Below are positions 57,812-64,000 of a DNA stretch of 64,000 nt, one piece after another. Both the position numbers and the translations under genes were made by a program. The notes below the pieces were generated by a model that was not told the origin of the DNA, did no database searches, and saw nothing but the letters and a program-made list of their open reading frames with translations. Within the stretch, counting starts at the first letter, position 1. Each line of letters begins with the position of its first letter. The DNA comes from Nemertoderma westbladi (taxonomy: Eukaryota; Animalia; Xenacoelomorpha), in the NCBI GenBank assembly GCA_032718475.1, contig JAUCBJ010001165.1, forward strand, positions 1-64,000. Direction: 5' to 3'.

Positions 57812-60800
57812 TTAGTCTTTCTTGCGTGGACGGCGTTTACGCAGTTTTTTAAAGCTAGCCAGAGTCTTTTTCTCTTTGGGGCGAGCCACTTTACAAGGAG
57901 GGCTATAACTCCTAGGTGAAGGGTGCAATATAATTGCATCAGAAGGTGCAGGATTGTGGTCGGTGTATCCTCCGGTTGAAGTGCCTGGTAGGTTGACATC
58001 AACTTCGGGGGACTGGGGTCTAACGGCCTTTAGAGCGCGTTTTAGGATGGCTGCTCTTATGGGTCCTTTACGAGTGGTCTGAACGGAAGCCGTGGGTGGA
58101 CCATAGGCCGTCAGAAACTGCCTTGGTTTAATGGTTCTTTCCAACTCGCGTTTGCGGGCTCGATATTCGTAAGGCCGCCGATATACTTCTTGTAACTCAG
58201 GATGTGAGTTAACGAATAATTCTCCACAGTCCGGGTCGCGATGGATAAAATTAATTAAGTGATAGGAACGAATATCACTGGGATTAACTCTTCTGAGGAA
58301 TTTGCGCACAAACTTAGTCGAAATGCATTCTCCGACGCGCTTCAGTAGTTTGTAACTCGGTATGCGTGCTTTCTCTTCGACAGAAGCGAATAGGTAAGGA
58401 TGGAACGCATAAACTCCTTCGTAAGCGCGTCCAGGGTAGTAGCGATGACGTGAGTTACAATGCAAGTCAGCATTCGCTTCCCAAGCTCTGATATAACGGA
58501 GTGTAATCAATTCATCTACACTTTCTAAATCGTTATTAAATGGACAATCAAAGCTGGCGTGTCCTTTCAGTTGACAATGGTGGCATTGCGTCATAAATTG
58601 GGGACAGACTGCAAAATGTGCGAACTATTGAGTCGACAATAGGCACAGTAAATTTCCATTGACGGTTGTTCGTGGAAATAAGAACATGGGACGTTCGTGT
58701 CCATGGGCGTAATATGGTCTCTAGATGCGCATAACCGACAACGCTGTCGATCAACATAGTTGGCATGGCGATAATCGTACGCAGTGAGACACTGTGGACC
58801 TTGATACCATTCTAGAATGTAATCGTTGTCGTTGTTCCGGGGCGTGGTAGGTTGAATCTCCTCGGATTCTAGACATATTGGTTCGTCTTCCCAGTGCATA
58901 GCTGAGGTGGGCATAGCTGTCTCTTCCGGGGAACCTACTGTTTGAATTTCCACGACAGAATAACCTGTGGTGATTCGAGGTCTTTGAATAACAGAGGAAT
59001 GTAAATTCGATGTACAAATATCCTTAAAAATGGCAAATCCAGCACTATCTAACTTCTCAGAGGCTGAGTTTCTTAGGCTGAGTTTGGTCAATGCGCGGTC
59101 TTTAAATTGGCTATCCACGTTACGAAACGGTGTTAGAAATCGTCGGAAACATTCAAAGCGGATGAATTTATTATGTTCATCTAGCTTAGCGAGTTTGGTC
59201 CCAAGTACTAATGGATGGGCGCGTATAGTACGACTGCACACATCGGCTAGCCAACCGGAAAGTGCGGTGTTTACAAAGATCGTGTAGATAGCTAAGGAGG
59301 GACGGAGTGGAACACTCATGAAGCTATACACGGCGCCAGGTGCGGTCAATGGTCCGTCAAAGTATAATCGGGAATAATGGTCTCCATATACTTGTTGATA
59401 GTTTATGGGATTTCCAACTTTGAAATTCCATCCGTATTCCTGAAAGGCAAGATGTCCGATGGAAGTTTGTTGAACTTTGGTAATGTTGCTAGACGTATTA
59501 GCATACATGGTGCGGAAGAAACCTCGGCCTTCGGCCCAGGGGGCAATTAACTGCGTATCCACGAAAGGATATGGTATATCCTCCATATTCCGAAAGTCGT
59601 TTTGGAGATCGCCATAAACAGCGGAACCGATTTTAAGGATTCTTTCGTTGAACAACATCTCGAGCACGGGCTGTGGTAACATCGATCCATCGATACCCAT
59701 GGCCGGTTTGCGTTTGGTGTCAATGACATAACGCTGCGCAAGTACGAATTGACCATGTCGGAGATTCTTTTGTGTTTCAGTGAGAGTTTCAAAAGAATAA
59801 TCAATCACGTCGGAACACGCTCGAGTAAACACGTGGGTAGAACCGGCTAATCCGCGTATGTGGATCATGCATGTGGTTCCTAATTCTCCGACAGGAACGC
59901 TGCCTTCATTATCGTATGTGACGACTCCATACATCTCAATGATATTAAGAGTTTCATTCCACTCTTTTGTAGCGTTCTCGAGGGTCATCCCTACTGGATG
60001 CCACAAGGTGGCGCATTGGTTAGCGTCAGGGAGATCACTATACTTCAGGGATTGAGTGTTACACGTCTCCATATTTCCATGTCTTTGTATTCTCTCTTCC
60101 TCGAATAATACGTCGAGATTCCAATGGACTAATCGAGTTTTAATGAATCCATCGAGGTTATAGGGAGGTGTTGCCTCATTCTCAATTCTAGAGATGTTAT
60201 ATGGTTTTCTAAATGAGTTTACCTTTACTAACTGATCCAGATGTTTCTGTAATTGCTCGAGTTCGACAATGTCTAGAGGATTTATTAACGGTAGAAACTT
60301 TAAGTTATGCGTTGGATCTTCCGGTTTTATCAGATAATATTGAGTCAGATTAACTTAATAAGGGTGGTCTTTAATCCCATAAAACGAGTTCGTTAAAGGT
60401 CTAGCGTGTATGTTGACATCGTGTACCATACGACGGACAAGATCCGCTCGATTGTCCGGAGGTTCAACGAGGATACCGTCAACACGAGCAGCTTCGATCG
60501 GCGGACGCTGTAACATGGGGGCGTCTGCGATAAGATCGTGTGATCCTATACTGATATCAACCGGTTGGGGTTGTGCCGTCGCAAAGAGTTTGTCTCCGAA
60601 ATGGGGAATCATCGAGGGGTGACGGATGGTTTTAGAGTAGAGATCCGTCATAAGGATTTGGGCTTCGGGTTGGGCTAAAGCGGCTTCTTCCCTCTCGTCC
60701 ATTTCCATATGTTTCTTTTCGAGTTGGTTCTCCTCCGCTTGTTGTTGCAGACGCTCATCCAGAAACTCCTGTAGGGAATACGTGCGTCCAAGCTCGATAT

Positions 60801-62064
60801 CTTCCTCCAGGTTTTGGATTTCTCGATCAAACTGTGGTAAGGCTAACTCCTTCACCGCTTGGACTTGTTGCCGTAATTTACGTTTCTCTAAGCAATCCTG
60901 TGTTCCCTTCCCGATTTTCTGTCAAATAGCGTCTAAAGCATTTCTTATAACGCTCTCCTCGACTTCCGTGGCAGGTTGCATCGGGGTTAATCCGGGACGG
61001 TTGTAAGGATTAAATGGCGATGTCAGATGCCCGTGTCCCAATCCGGCTAAGTAGGATGGGCGAATGTCTAAAGAACCCACTACCGGAGTACCACTTATTA
61101 ATTGCTCGGGTAACACTAAATCTTTGAACAGAGAATATAGTTCGGGAGGATCAGTAATACTGTTAGGATCAAGAGTTTGAGGTCTCACCGGGGAATGAGG
61201 AGGCCTGACCGAGTATTCCGGAACTCTGATCATGGGTTTATTTAGTGATCGTTTGAGGCGAGCGATCGTGGGTGATACATCGAACAGGTTTTGCTCGAAA
61301 CTCCCGTACGTATAACGCGTAAAACTGTGTTTAGCGCAACGTCTCCGCGGATGTTTATGTCTTTCCGTTTGTTGGTTGGGTCTAGGGCATTCGTCACAAT
61401 AATACCAAAGACGTACGTCTTGGAGAGGAAACGCGGGTGATCATTCTCCAGTTTTACAATATTCCTCCATTTGTTCAAAGCTATCGGGAACAACGGGTAG
61501 TGGACGATCGGCGGTGAGATACATCATAGTGAAATAGAGTCGTTTGAGTTCTACCATAGGGTCATGATGTACACCTTGAGGATATCGAGTCTCTAGGTTC
61601 TGTTGACTGGCAATATTGAGATAGGTTTCTCTCAAAAATTCCAGGTAGTCGTTGAAGTCGATACGTTTATCTGGTTCCTCAATGTTTTCTCTTTCAAGTC
61701 GGTTGCGAATGGAGTTCTTGTGATCTATTCTAGGTTTATCATTACGACTCCGCTGAGTATGATACTTAAATAAAACCATTTCCCTTTCGGTGTCTACATC
61801 GTCAGTATCATGTAAATCTATAGGGTGACCGGTAGTTAGGAAGTCCATATATGTACCATTACGATGTGTATAGCGAGCCGTGAATTTTCTATAGTCCAAT
61901 TCATGCGTGAGTTGCTCTTGAAACATCGGCGGTTCAATATAACGACCATCATCTTCCGTAGTAGTGGGATCGGGTTCACCACTTATCAAGCTATCCACAA
62001 ACGCTTGTAAAGGTAGAGTATATCGCTCCCTGATACCAAGGTCATCTTCTATCAGCTCCGTCAT
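57812..62064 (-). pseudogene. Copy C accessory ORF2, full length but with several stops and a frameshift; exonuclease region open in 58591-60072
   Basis: Fragments 61441-62064, 60922-61233, 60355-60855, 58591-60072 and 57812-58594 are colinear with 42532-46765. Confidence 0.92.
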
Positions 62065-63529
62065 ATCTGCTGTCGGAGTTTATTAATGTTACAACGAGTT
62101 TATATTGTATATTTTAGGCGAGCGGGCGTCGCTGCCTAACACTCTCGGCCCCCCGGACAGTGGGATCCTCAGCGCCGATGTACCGCTGTCGCAGTGTTTA
62201 CGCCAACGTTGTAGCAACAGCACGACAACGATAACCGGCACAAGTCACTCCACTGTCCGTCCCAAAGGCTTGGATCCACTTGAGGTTCTTTATATGAGAG
62301 TTAGGTCTACTTTACAATTGCGACTAGCTAAGTAGCTAGTACTGTAAACACACTTTAGTAGCAACATTCACCTACAACACACAAATTCCACACAACTGTC
62401 ACCAATTATAAGCATACAGGCCATTTGTCCGTTAGTCAATGCCTTCCAGAATGTCACGTTGTTATTGCGTATCCTTGGATACTAAACAGTGTGCTATGTA
62501 ATCTCTATACTAGGCAATGGGGCAAGCCTTTTATTGTTCTTTTAACTCGCATCTAATTCTAGCGTGGGTGTTGCTATGGTGACATTATGGAAAGCTAGTG
62601 GTAGAATTAGGGTAATTCTCATGCATACAGATCTGGGATGCTATTTAATAGTAATTCTTTGATTGTCAATATCCTCTTTATGCATGATTGTATGAATTTT
62701 ATCGGCTATTGACTATATGTTGGAGATTTTCGCACTCTAATACACTCAATAGGATAAATCTCCGCTCCCGTGATCTATTAATTAATGGAATTTTGGGAAT
62801 GTTATAAATTGCATAAAATGACAATTTATGAAATTCATTTAAGATATGAATTTAAATTTATTCCCGTGAATTTTATTATTTGATGGTAAAAGTGACATAA
62901 TTTTATTCCAGAAATTTTCTGGGGACGTTAACCACTGCTTCTAGAATTTGTCTTTCAAGTATATCGGTGGATGCCGCGATATCTTAATCGACTAGAATTA
63001 CAGATGGTCAAAGGTGTAACAGATTTATTTGCGTTTTACGCTACTGTTAGAGGGACATCACGCTACTATAGGTATTATTTAATATAAGGTAGAAGAGCAA
63101 TATCGCACGAAGCAATGTCAGTGTGAAGAGGCAAGTCGTTTCCAAGGTCTACCCAGAGCTTGGTTTAGCCGAGACACGAGGATCTGAACTTTGCATTCCT
63201 AATACTCTGCCTACCAATAATACCTAAATATAGTAGGAGCTTTATTGTACTTTTAATAAGTACGGACATGTAATCTTACTATAGTCTCGCATTTATAATA
63301 TAATACGGACAGTAAGGAAAGAGAAAAGAATTATTTCTCGCCGTCGCACTAGATATATTATGTAATTACGTAATAAACACTAATATATTGCAATAATCTA
63401 CTAAATAATCTAAATAACATTCCACTAAATAAAATTAAATAAAACGATTATAATAAAGTACATAATAATATTTACATATAAAATAGAATAAAATAGATAA
63501 ATAATAGTCATACACCCACTCCATACGCG

Positions 63530-64000
63530 TTACGGCGGGGAGTCCCTAGATGTTTGAGGAATTAGGGAGGTGGTCGTGGGAAGAGTGTCTTGCCTTCCAT
63601 AGTTTCCGGAGAGTTCTCTGTCTCTTTCCAGTAAACATAAACGACCAACTGGGCAATTGAGTTGTTGCGTCTCAAAGATTATGCCGGGTTTCTTGAAGTT
63701 ACGCCGCATGACGACGAGTTCTACTGAGCGCACTAAACCATCCTCCGAGATGTGCGTCTCGATGATACGACCTGTCTGCCACCGTCTACGTGGAAGGTCC
63801 GGATCTACAATAAGCACCATGTCTCCGGCGCTGACATTTTCCTGCTGCGCAAACCACTTAGTTCGAAGTTGTAGCGTGGGCAGATAATGTTTCTCAAAAT
63901 GGTCAGCGAAACGACGGGATAGCAACTGCATAAGTTGCCAAGTTCGACGGCAATATTCGTCTCCGTCGGCGATCTCTGATCGTGGGAGCATGGCTACAGG
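63530..64000 (-). CDS. Copy C Gag-Pol C-terminus (integrase tail), partial
   Basis: Nearly identical to the last 153 aa of the copy B polyprotein. Confidence 0.93.
   Translation of the reverse strand, partial: PVAMLPRSEIADGDEYCRRTWQLMQLLSRRFADHFEKHYLPTLQLRTKWFAQQENVSAGDMVLIVDPDLPRRRWQTGRIIETHISEDGLVRSVELVVMRRNFKKPGIIFETQQLNCPVGRLCLLERDRELSGNYGRQDTLPTTTSLIPQTSRDSPP

Larger units (their letters stand above)
56560..64000 (-). mobile_element. BEL/Pao LTR retrotransposon copy C, 3' part (runs off the window)
   Basis: 3' LTR at 56560-57732, PPT, ORF2, intergenic spacer and integrase C-terminus, all colinear with copy B. Confidence 0.95.

Overview
This is AT-rich, repeat-saturated eukaryotic DNA, probably from an invertebrate animal (inferred from the repeat families; the species cannot be read from the sequence). 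It holds almost no ordinary host genes. The dominant content is three copies of one large (~19 kb) BEL/Pao LTR-retrotransposon family. Copy B (29240-48167, +) is young, with near-identical 1.3-kb LTRs, a GCCGG target-site duplication (TSD) and an intact 2759-aa Gag-Pol. It sits inside the 5' LTR of copy A (14649-48540, -), which has lost RT and integrase. Copy C (56560 to beyond the window end, -) is partial. The family has two unusual traits. (1) A second ~1400-codon gene in the env position is not env: it has WRN/Mut-7/EXD-like DEDDy 3'-5' exonuclease motifs, a zinc-knuckle cluster and a basic C-terminal tail. (2) There is no TGG tRNA primer-binding site. Instead, the 11 nt after the 5' LTR are exactly complementary to an 11-mer inside the LTR, with a compensatory change between copies A and B. 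This suggests Tf1-like self-priming in a BEL/Pao element. Also present: a ~2.7-kb tandem segmental repeat; a dead APE-RT LINE with a 2A-like DIETNPGP motif and PHD finger; two different 38-bp satellites; a TTAA piggyBac-type non-autonomous element; a Gypsy integrase remnant; an intronless type-II membrane fibrinogen-domain ORF between long inverted satellite arms; and a CRE-clade retrotransposon 3' remnant. All domain calls are by-eye motif recognition; no database search was run.
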